DNA from: an uncultured Chloroflexia bacterium
Lineage (GTDB): Bacteria; Chloroflexota; Anaerolineae; JAAYZQ01
Assembly: GCA_963700285.1 (NCBI GenBank)
Contig: CAVOXA010000010.1
Span: forward strand, 352,001-416,000
DNA: 64,000 nucleotides
Reading direction: 5' to 3'
Part shown: positions 27,830 through 36,649 of the stretch, one piece after another
How positions within the stretch are numbered: position 1 is the first letter of the stretch
How the letters are laid out: every line of letters begins with the position of its first letter
Notes under the pieces: generated by a model
Told to the model about the DNA's origin: nothing
What the model saw: the letters and a program-made list of their open reading frames with translations, nothing else
Database searches by the model: none
Position numbers and translations under genes: made by a program

Positions 27830-29056
27830 TCAGACCAGGCGCTGGCCGGCTTTGAAGGTCATCTGGACCTCTTCGAGCGCGTCTAGATCCTCCAGGGGAT
27901 TGCCGGCCACGACGATGACGTCGGCCAGCTTGCCCGCTTCCAGCGTACCCAACTTATCATCAAGCCCGTTGAGCCAGGCTGCGACGCTGGTCGCGCTGCG
28001 CAGCGCACCATAGTTGTCGGGTACCAGGCCCAGCTTGACCAGGAACTTGAGCTCGGGTGCGACGATATCGTGGCCCACGGCCGGGCTGCCGGCATCGGTG
28101 CCGAAAACGATGGGAACTCCGGCCTTGGCCGCGGCCACAAGGCTGTCATAGCGGCTGGGATCGGCCACAGCGCGCTGGCGCTCGGCGATCTTCCACTCGG
28201 GTATGTTGTACTTGCGCGCCACCTCAGGCTGGGCCTGCATGACTACCGGCGCCATGGTCGTGACGATGGGGATCCCACGGTCCAACAAAAGCTGGATCGT
28301 CTCCTCGCTCATCTGACCACCGTGCTCGATGCAGTCGATGCCAAAACGGGCGACCCGGTTGATGCAGGCGTCAAAAGTGGCATGGGCCGTGGTGGGCAGG
28401 CCATTGCGATGCGCCTCGTCGATGACGGCCTCCAATTCAGCATCGGTGAACTCGAGTGTATCGTGGCAGCCCATGATCTTGATCAGGTCAGCCCCACCGC
28501 GAACCTGATCGCGCACAGCGCGGCGCATTTCGTCAGCCCCGCTGGCCTCTCGGCAGGTCCAATAGGTATGGCCACCTGTCTGTACAATCGACTCACCCGT
28601 GATCAGCAGGCGCGGGCCGGGGTAGATCCCTTGCTCCACGGCCTGCTTGGCGGCAAAGTTGGTCGCGTTGACGCCCAGGTCCCGCACGGTCGTGACACCG
28701 GCCCGCAGCGAGATTAGCATGTTGCTCGCATACTTGTAGGCGCTGATCTCCGGGCTGTCAAAGATCGATTGCTGGGCCAGATCGTGAATTCCGTCCCACC
28801 CCAGGTGGGCGTGGCTGTTAAAGAGACCGGGAAGCAAGGTACCCCCGGTGTCGATCACATCGGCATCGCTTTCACCCAGCTCAGCCGCGCTGCCCACGGC
28901 CTTGATCCGGTCGCCATCGATCTCGACGAAACCATCCTCAAGGATCGTATCACCCACGCAGGTTAGTAGCCGTCCCTTCAGGACAAGGTGCTGCGGTGGC
29001 GGGTCGTACAGAGGTTTTATCAGTTTTTGAAACCGCCAAGCCGGTTGCTCAGGCAT
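27830..29056 (-). CDS. Metal-dependent amidohydrolase (prolidase-like), third paralog
   Basis: PGLFNSHAH, GVTTVRD, GADLIK, HAT, IEHG, GTDAG. Confidence 0.88.
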   Translation of the reverse strand: MPEQPAWRFQKLIKPLYDPPPQHLVLKGRLLTCVGDTILEDGFVEIDGDRIKAVGSAAELGESDADVIDTGGTLLPGLFNSHAHLGWDGIHDLAQQSIFDSPEISAYKYASNMLISLRAGVTTVRDLGVNATNFAAKQAVEQGIYPGPRLLITGESIVQTGGHTYWTCREASGADEMRRAVRDQVRGGADLIKIMGCHDTLEFTDAELEAVIDEAHRNGLPTTAHATFDACINRVARFGIDCIEHGGQMSEETIQLLLDRGIPIVTTMAPVVMQAQPEVARKYNIPEWKIAERQRAVADPSRYDSLVAAAKAGVPIVFGTDAGSPAVGHDIVAPELKFLVKLGLVPDNYGALRSATSVAAWLNGLDDKLGTLEAGKLADVIVVAGNPLEDLDALEEVQMTFKAGQRLV

Positions 29057-29099
29057 AGTAACTCCCTTTTAGTGTCTTTCGATTGTCTTCGAAGCCGAA

Positions 29100-30443
29100 C
29101 TAGACCTCGGAGGTTTTCGAACGAACCCCCCGGTTCGCAACCTCCGAAGTCTGGTCTAGATAGAGACCATATTGTGCTTGTACCAAAGGCAGGATACCCA
29201 GCCGCTCCAATTGCTCTACCGGCGCCATGACGCTGGCCAATACCAAACCCGGCGCCCGACCGATCTCGAGGGAGCCGGTGATGGTCACCCTGTTCCTCAC
29301 CTCGTCCAGGCTCATATCCAGAAGGTGCGCCGTCCTTTCCAGGGCATTCTGTACCGCCGCATTCAGATCCGGCCCGGAGCCGACAACCTGAATCGGCGCC
29401 ACCTGCTCCAAGTCCGTGTCCCACTCTGTGGCCAGTTTTCGCGCCTGCTCCACCTCTACCTGGCTGTAGGGCTGGCACAGAAAGGGCAGATCCTCCGCCG
29501 GTGGCAGCAGGACCGGCCCCTGCAAAGCCAGCCTCTTGATAACCTCAACGCTGAGTGTCACCTCGGCTGAGACGTCCGTGGTATGACCGGCGATCTCGCC
29601 ATCGCCCTGCATGGCATGCACGTCACCCAGATAGACGCCTCCGCCCTGTACCTTGACCGGGCAGATCAGGATGGCGCCTTCCCGAACAGAGTCTGCGTCC
29701 AAGTGGCCGTCGGTCAAGGCATCGAACTCTTTCGGGCTCAGGCCCTCCTCATGGAGGCTCTGGCCAAAGTCGCCGCAGTTGCAGGAAGCAGAGATATCCA
29801 TGGCCGGGACAGTGCCGATGTTGCCAATGAAGGGCCTCATGCGGGTCAGGATCCCACCGCGGAGATCGGCACTGGCCAGGGCCAGCACGGAATGCTGCTT
29901 TGAACTGGGCGGTAGGGCCGTGTACCAGGCAGCCTCGCGGGCGATATCCGCCGCCTTCCCGCCACCAACCGTGAGCCCAAAGATCCCCGTATCATCAAAG
30001 ACCATGGTATAGCCAGAGGTGATCCGGGAAGGCATGGCCTCTGCCCCACAGTTTTTGCATTGAATCGCCCCAGGGCCAATGCCCGCCACGACCGTAGCAG
30101 GAAACTCGGCATCACACCGAGGGCACTTTCTTATGACCTGGGAACCACGCTTGAGCCTGGTCCCTTCGACAGACGCACCTGTACCCGAGGCAGTGGCCCT
30201 GGATCGAAGGGCGATCTTGTGGATGCGGATGGCGATCGCATCGCCGACCTCAGCACCCTCCACGGCAATCGGTTCGGTGATCTCGTGCCCGCCATCCAGG
30301 TGGGGGGTGATCATGGGCCCCCAGCAGCCGGGGGCCGTTCTGGCGACGATGGTCCCCCCATCTTGGACCGGCCCAAGCATGGGCAGGCTCGGTCCTACAT
30401 TGCAGCCGGCGATTTTGACATCTGTGATAACTCTGAGAGCCAT
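29100..30443 (-). CDS. Acetamidase/formamidase family protein with a CxxC..CxxC insert
   Basis: HEITEPIAVEGAEVGD, PFIGNIG, GDVHAMQGDGE; CPRC and CKNC. Confidence 0.8.
   Translation of the reverse strand: MALRVITDVKIAGCNVGPSLPMLGPVQDGGTIVARTAPGCWGPMITPHLDGGHEITEPIAVEGAEVGDAIAIRIHKIALRSRATASGTGASVEGTRLKRGSQVIRKCPRCDAEFPATVVAGIGPGAIQCKNCGAEAMPSRITSGYTMVFDDTGIFGLTVGGGKAADIAREAAWYTALPPSSKQHSVLALASADLRGGILTRMRPFIGNIGTVPAMDISASCNCGDFGQSLHEEGLSPKEFDALTDGHLDADSVREGAILICPVKVQGGGVYLGDVHAMQGDGEIAGHTTDVSAEVTLSVEVIKRLALQGPVLLPPAEDLPFLCQPYSQVEVEQARKLATEWDTDLEQVAPIQVVGSGPDLNAAVQNALERTAHLLDMSLDEVRNRVTITGSLEIGRAPGLVLASVMAPVEQLERLGILPLVQAQYGLYLDQTSEVANRGVRSKTSEV
29102..29152. repeat. REP-like palindrome AGACCTCGGAGGTT...AACCTCCGAAGTCT inside the 3' end of the acetamidase gene
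   Basis: 14-bp arms with one mismatch and an inner CGAACC/GGTTCG hairpin; translated as QTSEV..KTSEV. Confidence 0.7.
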
Positions 30444-30465
30444 TTGCTACCCCTTGTTGCGTCCC

Positions 30466-30497
30466 AGACTTCCGAAGGCTCAGGACCTCGGAAGTCT
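30466..30497. repeat. REP-like palindrome AGACTTCCGA...TCGGAAGTCT, related to 29102
   Basis: 10-bp perfect arms; overlaps the TAG stop of 30496..31896. Confidence 0.65.
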
Positions 30498-31896
30498 ATG
30501 GAATCTGCGGCTTGATGACGGGCCAGGAGACACTCAGCCCGATCCTTTCACCGTAGCCCGCTTCCCGGATCATGGCCGCCTGGGCCTCGCGCGCCCGGGC
30601 CACAACCTCCTCTTCGTCAAAAACCGTACTGCGCCCGTCGCTCAAGATCACGCTACCGCCGACCAGTACTGTGTCGGCCTGAGTGCTCACTCCCGAGTAA
30701 ACCAGGTTGCTGACCAGCATCGCATCGGGCACCAAATGCAACTGATTGCGCCGGAAGAGGGCGATGTCAGCCTGCTTGCCTGGTTCCAGGGATCCCACCC
30801 GGTCGTCCATGTTCAAGGCCGCCGCGGCCTTGATGGTGACCATCTCCAGGGCCTGTTCCGCTGTGCCCAGATAACGGTCGCCGGATTGGGAGCGTTGCAG
30901 ATAGACGGCCAGTTTCATAGCCTGCCAGATATTCTGCCCGTTGTTCGAGTTTGAACCATCGACGCAGATGGCGACCCGTGCTCCCAGCTCTTCCAGATCC
31001 CAAATGGGTGGGGGCTGGTTGCCTGTGCGCAGGGCCTGGTCGGGACAGTGGGCGATCCGCACCTGGCGACTGCCCAACAATGCCAACTCCTCCTCCAACA
31101 GGCCAGTCCGGGTACAGTGTACGGCCAGCAGTTCTGGCCCGAGCAGACCCAGGCTGTCCAGGTATTGGACCGTGCCCATGCCTACCGTTTGCAGTGCATC
31201 GGCCAGCTCCTCGCGGTGATGGCCAAGATGCATGTGCCACAATTGGCCCCGCTCCCTGGCCCAACCATACATGGCCAGGATCCCTTCGGGCGTGCAGCGC
31301 AGGGATTTGGATGCTTCCGAGTTGATGAGGATGCGCTCGGAATCGTACTTGGCTTCCAGGCGGTCTAGATCTTGCAGGGCAACCTCCGGTCGCTCCCGGA
31401 AGGGTTCCGCCATCTGCTGGCCATCGCTGAACCCCCGGCCGATGATGGCGCGCATGCCAGACTGCAGGACCGCGTCACAGACGCCGTCGGTGGAATCCAT
31501 GTGGTAGTGGGTAAAATGGCTCTCTTGCGTCGTCGTCACGCCATAGTGGACGAGTTCCAGAAGCGAAAGGCTGGCGCCCGCCCGTGCCCGTTCCCGCGTC
31601 AGACCCAGGGCCATGTGCCAGAAAGACCCGGGTGGATTGGGCTCGTTGAAACAACTCCGGTACAGACATTGGTCCAGGTGATTGTGGGCATTGACCAGGC
31701 CCGGCATGACCAGCATATCGGAAGCGTCGATGCGTTCTTTGGCCGCGAAATCTCGGACCGAACTGCTCACACCCACAACCAGGCCATCCTTGACGCCCAC
31801 ATGGCCGGGTACATAGATTCGCCGCTGGGCGTCCATGGTGAGGACGATGCCCCCCTCGATCAGCAGGTCCACAGGGATGCTTGGCTGCTTGGTCAT
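30496..31896 (-). CDS. Amidohydrolase, AtzA/TrzN/MTA-SAH deaminase-like
   Basis: PGLVNAHNH, GVTT, HMH, AVHC, HCP, CVDG, GSLEPGKQAD. Confidence 0.85.
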   Translation of the reverse strand: MTKQPSIPVDLLIEGGIVLTMDAQRRIYVPGHVGVKDGLVVGVSSSVRDFAAKERIDASDMLVMPGLVNAHNHLDQCLYRSCFNEPNPPGSFWHMALGLTRERARAGASLSLLELVHYGVTTTQESHFTHYHMDSTDGVCDAVLQSGMRAIIGRGFSDGQQMAEPFRERPEVALQDLDRLEAKYDSERILINSEASKSLRCTPEGILAMYGWARERGQLWHMHLGHHREELADALQTVGMGTVQYLDSLGLLGPELLAVHCTRTGLLEEELALLGSRQVRIAHCPDQALRTGNQPPPIWDLEELGARVAICVDGSNSNNGQNIWQAMKLAVYLQRSQSGDRYLGTAEQALEMVTIKAAAALNMDDRVGSLEPGKQADIALFRRNQLHLVPDAMLVSNLVYSGVSTQADTVLVGGSVILSDGRSTVFDEEEVVARAREAQAAMIREAGYGERIGLSVSWPVIKPQIP

Positions 31897-33381
31897 GCGT
31901 TCTCCTCCCAATTGGGGAAGGCAGGCTCATAGAAGTCGGTCAGAGGCTGGCCCCTGTAAGTAGTCTCTGCCGTCCTGGCATAGAGCTTGCGGTTGAACCG
32001 TTCAGCGCCGGAGCGCACCTGTTCCAGGTCAATGCCAGGGAGCCGACCCCGTTCAACGAGGGTGGCGCCGTCGACAATAACGGTATCCACATCGCTGCCC
32101 TGGGCGCAATAGACGAGCGCTTTGATGGGGTCATCAGCCGCGACCGGGCCGATGTGGGTGCGCTGTAGATCGACCAGGACAATGTCAGCCTTGGCGCCAG
32201 GCACCAGGCGCCCGATGTCGTCGCGCAGCAACGCCCGCGCCCCACCCAGAGTGGCAGCGTCCAAGACCTCACGGGCCAGGCCAGAGGTCGCATCCCCGTC
32301 AGCTAGTTTGCTTAACAAGGCAGCTGTGCGCATCTCCATGACCATGTCGTGGGGCGAGGTGTCGGTGCCCAGCGAGACCGGGATGCCGGACCGTACATAG
32401 TGGGAAAAGGAGTGGAGCGCCACACCACTCCGGGCAAACACCACGGGGCAATGGGCCACGCTGGCGCCGCTGGCGGCAATAAGCTGAACATCGGTATCGT
32501 CATCCAGCGGATAGGCCAGCCAGGGATGGCGCGTGGTATAGATGGCGTGCGTCAGGGACACCTCTGGTCCCAGAAAGCCTACCTCGTACAGGTACTGGAT
32601 GGGCGTCTTGGCCGTGCGCCGCAGGATCTCGTGGAACTCGAGCAGGTACTGGGCGACGTGGATCTTGAGTGGGCAAGCGAGTCCAGCCGCCGCCTCCTTG
32701 GAAGCACGCAACAGGTCGGGTGTACAGTTGTCGGCCTGGTAGGGAAAGAGAAAGGTGCGAATCCGGCCCTCATCCGCGCCGTCGAAGGCCCGGGCGAATT
32801 CAACGGCCTGTTCCAGGCCCTCCCAACCCTGGGCTTCCCTGGAAACCCACTCGAGGGTGCCGTCGGCCTTGCCCGCCGCGCCACCGGACATGTAGGGCAG
32901 GGCAAGATAGGCACGCAGCCCCGTCGCAGCCACCGCCTCGACCAGCTCCTGATCGGTGCCGATGCGCCCCCGGTAGGGATGGCGGCCATAGTTGGGCACC
33001 ATGACAAAGGTCGTGGTGCCGCTCGCAGCGCCGTGGCCATGGCATATTCGGCGCTGGCTCGCCAGTCGGCGCTCTGCAACCCCGGTGCGCCGTAGGCCTT
33101 CTCGGGCTGGACGCCCAGGCCAATACCGGAATTGAAAAAGTTGGGCCGGACAGCATCCAGCCGGAAGAGCTGCATGTGCACGCCAAAGGCCATGTGATGG
33201 TTGACGAATCCCGGGATGACCAGCTTGCCGCGGGCGTCGATCCGCGTATCCACCTCCCCTGCGTGGTCATGACCGACATAGGTGATGCGTTCCCGCTGTA
33301 GGCCACCTGGCCGCGGGGGAGAATCACGTGTTCGCCATTCTGAAAACCGACGACGGTTCCGCCTTCAATCAGCGTCGTCAC
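31893..33381 (-). pseudogene. Chlorohydrolase/deaminase-like amidohydrolase with two 1-nt deletions near 33290 and 33025 (probably sequencing errors)
   Basis: Three ORF pieces (MTTLIEGG / DARGKLVIPGFVNHHM / KIHVAQ, THA, HCP, LGTD) are collinear with 33378..34847. Confidence 0.8.
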
Positions 33382-34847
33382 AGCTCGCCTCGCAGTTTCG
33401 GGTAGGTAGGGGGGAAGAGAAGATCGGCAGACTCACCGCGAGGATGCTGTCCCACAAATCGATCCTTCTGCCACAGATGGGCCTCAGCCGCCTTTCGGAT
33501 CAGATCCGATTCGTCGACGCCGGATAGCTGCCCGCCATCGACCACGATCCGACCATCGACGATCACAGTATCTATGTCACTGCCGCTGGCGGCATAGACC
33601 AGGGTCTTGATGGGATCGTCCACCGGGCCGATGTGCAGCCGGCTCAAGTCCACAATGACCATGTCGGCCTTGGCCCCCGGCGCCAGCCGGCCGATATCGT
33701 CGCGGCCCAGGGCCCGGGCGCCGTCCAGCGTGGCGGCGTTGAATACCTCTCGCGCCGTGCCATGATTCGCGTTGCGGTCCGACCACTTGCAGGCCAGCGC
33801 CGCCCAGCGCATCTCCTCGATCATGTCCTGGGGAAAGGTGTCGGTGCCCAGGGGCACGTTGATGCCCATCTCCCGGTAGCGCGAGAATGAGCCCAAGATC
33901 TTGCCCCGGCGCACATAGACGACGGCACAGTGAGCCACGTGAGCCCCCCGGTCGGCCACGATCTGCAGGTCTGACCTGTCCCCTGGCGGATAGCCGGACG
34001 CCGGGTGCAGGGTTGTATAGAGCAGATGGGTCAGAATCGTCCTGTCGTCGAGAAAGCCGATGCTCTCCAGATACTGGACCGGCGTCTTGTTGTAACGGCG
34101 CAGGCAGTCGTGAAACTCGAACAGGCTCTGCGAGGTGTGCATGTGCACCGGCACTTTCAGTTCGCGGGACGCCTGTTTGACCTCGGCCAGGATCTCGGTA
34201 CAGGCATCAAACTGGTAGGGAAAGAGCATGGTGCGCACCCGGTCGTCGTGGGTACCTTCGTAGGTTCTGACGACATCCTGGGCATAGGCCAGCGCCGAGC
34301 GGGCAGCATCCAAGTCCCAATGGTACCGCCACACGCCATCGGTGTCCAGGTAGCGTTTACCCGCCCGAAACTTGTGGGAGACATAGATGCGAGCCCCCAA
34401 CTCGCCGGCGATCTCTGCCAGGAGCGGTGCCTCGTCCCGGGACACCTCAAAGCGCGAGGGGGCCATGGTCGTGATCTCGACGATGGTCGTCGAGCCTCCC
34501 TTGAGCAACTGCACCAGGGAGAAAAGGACACTCGTCCGCAGCCGCTCGCCGGCGAACTCTACCTGTCCCTTTCCATCCACGGCATAGGCGCGCGGAGAGG
34601 CAAAGCCGTCGTTGTTGGAGTCCAGGGCCAGCGTCTGCATGTCGATGTTGGCCACGGCATGGATATTGACAAAGCCGGGCGAGACCAGCTTGCCTCGGGC
34701 ATCCAGGATCTGGTCCACACGCCCACCAAAGCTTGGGCCGACGTACAGAATGTGATCATCCTCCAAGACTACGACCCCATCCCGCAGAATGGCGTGGTGA
34801 CCATTCTGGAAACCAACGACCCAACCACCCTGAATTAGTGTGCGCAC
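33378..34847 (-). CDS. Chlorohydrolase/deaminase-like amidohydrolase (HxH motif incomplete)
   Basis: GTG start after CAGGAG; PGFVNIHAV, HMHTSQ, THL, HCA, LGTD, GRLAPGAKAD. Confidence 0.85.
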   Translation of the reverse strand: MRTLIQGGWVVGFQNGHHAILRDGVVVLEDDHILYVGPSFGGRVDQILDARGKLVSPGFVNIHAVANIDMQTLALDSNNDGFASPRAYAVDGKGQVEFAGERLRTSVLFSLVQLLKGGSTTIVEITTMAPSRFEVSRDEAPLLAEIAGELGARIYVSHKFRAGKRYLDTDGVWRYHWDLDAARSALAYAQDVVRTYEGTHDDRVRTMLFPYQFDACTEILAEVKQASRELKVPVHMHTSQSLFEFHDCLRRYNKTPVQYLESIGFLDDRTILTHLLYTTLHPASGYPPGDRSDLQIVADRGAHVAHCAVVYVRRGKILGSFSRYREMGINVPLGTDTFPQDMIEEMRWAALACKWSDRNANHGTAREVFNAATLDGARALGRDDIGRLAPGAKADMVIVDLSRLHIGPVDDPIKTLVYAASGSDIDTVIVDGRIVVDGGQLSGVDESDLIRKAAEAHLWQKDRFVGQHPRGESADLLFPPTYPKLRGEL

Positions 34848-34872
34848 ACGTCGCTCCTGAAAACGCTTGCTG

Positions 34873-36330
34873 TTAGCCCTGCCCCAAGATCGAAGCGGGC
34901 GTACGGCCGATGGGATCCCGCTCAGTGGCCGCCGCGTGTAACTTGCGCATAATCTTGGGCGCAGCCGCCCGCAACTCTTCCTCGTCAGCATTCAGTACGT
35001 TTCCGCTGTCAACGATCAGATTCCCGTCCACATAGACCTGGTCCACGTCCTGGCCCGTGCCAAAGGAGACCAGAGCCCGTACCGGGTCCAGTACAGGTCC
35101 AAAGTGATAGCGGGATAGATCGACGCAGACGATGTCGGCCCGTGCGCCTGGCGCCAGCCGGCCCAGGTCGTCGCGCCGGAGCGCATCAGCGCTGCCAACC
35201 GTGGCCGCGGTGAACACCTCCATACAAGTCGGCCGGTCCACAGTCCCATTGGCATGCTTGCCCATCAACCAGGCCAACCGCATCTCGCTGATGATATCGG
35301 CTGGCCAGATATCACAACCTAGGCCGATATTAATGCCATAGTCGAGGTAGCGCGGCAGTGTGTGCAGCGCTTCGGCATCTCGCCGGGCAAAGGCAAGGGG
35401 CGCATGCGCTACGGACGAACCGGCGTCAGCGATCAACTTCAGGTCGCGGTCAGAATCGCCCCCCACGGCCGGGTGGTCGCCGACAAAAACGCAGTGGCCC
35501 AGGATGATATCCGGACCCAAGAAGCCCAAAGAATGCAAAAAGCCCACGGGCGTATCGCCTTGTCGCTGTCGCACCGTCTCGACCTCGTGAACCGACTGTG
35601 AGGTGTGGACCTGGACCGGCAGGTCCGCAGCCCGAGCCTCGGCCAGCGTGGCCGCCAACAGATCTGGCGTGCACTTTTCGACGGCATGAGGCGTAAGCAG
35701 GGTCTGGACCCGCCCATCATGGACGCCGCGGTATTCCAGGGCAAAGCGCAGGCCCTCGTGCAAACCAGCCAGACCCATTGCCTCGTCCCAGTACTGGCGC
35801 GAGACGCCATCACGATCCTGGTAAGAACGAGCCGAGCGGTAGCCAAGGGCCAGGTAGGCCCGGCTGCCGAGGCGTCCCACCGTCTCTGCCAAAGCAGCCT
35901 CGTCGGTGGGAGGATTGCCTAGCCACCAGATGGCGCCGTAGCCGTGAGCGTCGACGACAGTCGTCGTGCCGGTACGCAGCATCTGCACCAGGCAGAATTC
36001 GCCACTCAGACGCTGTTCTTCTGGTGTCAGCGTCGGCCACATCTCCAGCGGCGCCTGCTGGACAAAATCAGGACCAGGGGCATACTGTGCGGAGCGGGGG
36101 ACATCGACAAAGGGAGAAAAGGGATCTACTCCCACATGGCCGTGCAAGTTGATAAAGCCAGGGCAGATGAACCACTCCGGGCGGTTGACAACCACGTCGG
36201 CCTGCCCGTCGAACTGCGAGCCGGTGTAGAGGATCACGCCATCCTGAAAAGCTACTTCGCCACGCGCTACGATCTGGTGTTGGCTGCCCTGCCAGGCAGC
36301 CAGCCAGCCGCCCTGCAACAGTGTGATCAT
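34873..36330 (-). CDS. Chlorohydrolase/deaminase-like amidohydrolase; first gene of the operon
   Basis: PGFINLHGH, GTTT, QVHTSQ, GHC, HAP, LGCD. Confidence 0.85.
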   Translation of the reverse strand: MITLLQGGWLAAWQGSQHQIVARGEVAFQDGVILYTGSQFDGQADVVVNRPEWFICPGFINLHGHVGVDPFSPFVDVPRSAQYAPGPDFVQQAPLEMWPTLTPEEQRLSGEFCLVQMLRTGTTTVVDAHGYGAIWWLGNPPTDEAALAETVGRLGSRAYLALGYRSARSYQDRDGVSRQYWDEAMGLAGLHEGLRFALEYRGVHDGRVQTLLTPHAVEKCTPDLLAATLAEARAADLPVQVHTSQSVHEVETVRQRQGDTPVGFLHSLGFLGPDIILGHCVFVGDHPAVGGDSDRDLKLIADAGSSVAHAPLAFARRDAEALHTLPRYLDYGINIGLGCDIWPADIISEMRLAWLMGKHANGTVDRPTCMEVFTAATVGSADALRRDDLGRLAPGARADIVCVDLSRYHFGPVLDPVRALVSFGTGQDVDQVYVDGNLIVDSGNVLNADEEELRAAAPKIMRKLHAAATERDPIGRTPASILGQG

Positions 36331-36465
36331 TGGGGGCCTCCTGCGGCGCCGCCACGAGAAACAGCAGCGCTGCCCAAGTAATCCAAGCCCGATGTTGCTC
36401 TGCTACCCAGATAGCCATCAGATCGAAGAACCAGAGGGCAATGGCCTCGAGAACGAGGCTGCCTA

Positions 36466-36517
36466 TATCCTATAGGATAGATGGGGTTATTCTACAACAC
36501 CTTGGGCCTGCTGTCAA
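36466..36517 (-). promoter_or_regulatory. Sigma70 promoter TTGACA-17-TAGAAT plus downstream palindrome TATCCTATAGGATA (putative operator)
   Basis: -35 at 36512-36517, -10 at 36489-36494, 14-bp palindrome at 36466-36479. Confidence 0.85.
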
Positions 36518-36582
36518 GTTTCTGGAGGGACTTTTCAAGCAATGGTTCAGGTTTCCCCATAGGTGCGGCCTAGACAAAAGTG

Positions 36583-36591
36583 TGTTATAAT
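36583..36591 (+). promoter_or_regulatory. Extended -10 promoter (TGtTATAAT) for the divergent 36650-43150 operon
   Basis: TG-n-TATAAT about 60 nt upstream of the GTG start. Confidence 0.6.
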
Positions 36592-36649
36592 AGCCGCCAT
36601 CGGGCTTGCTTAGCGCTCGATAAATACAGTCCAACACAAGGAGGATCTC

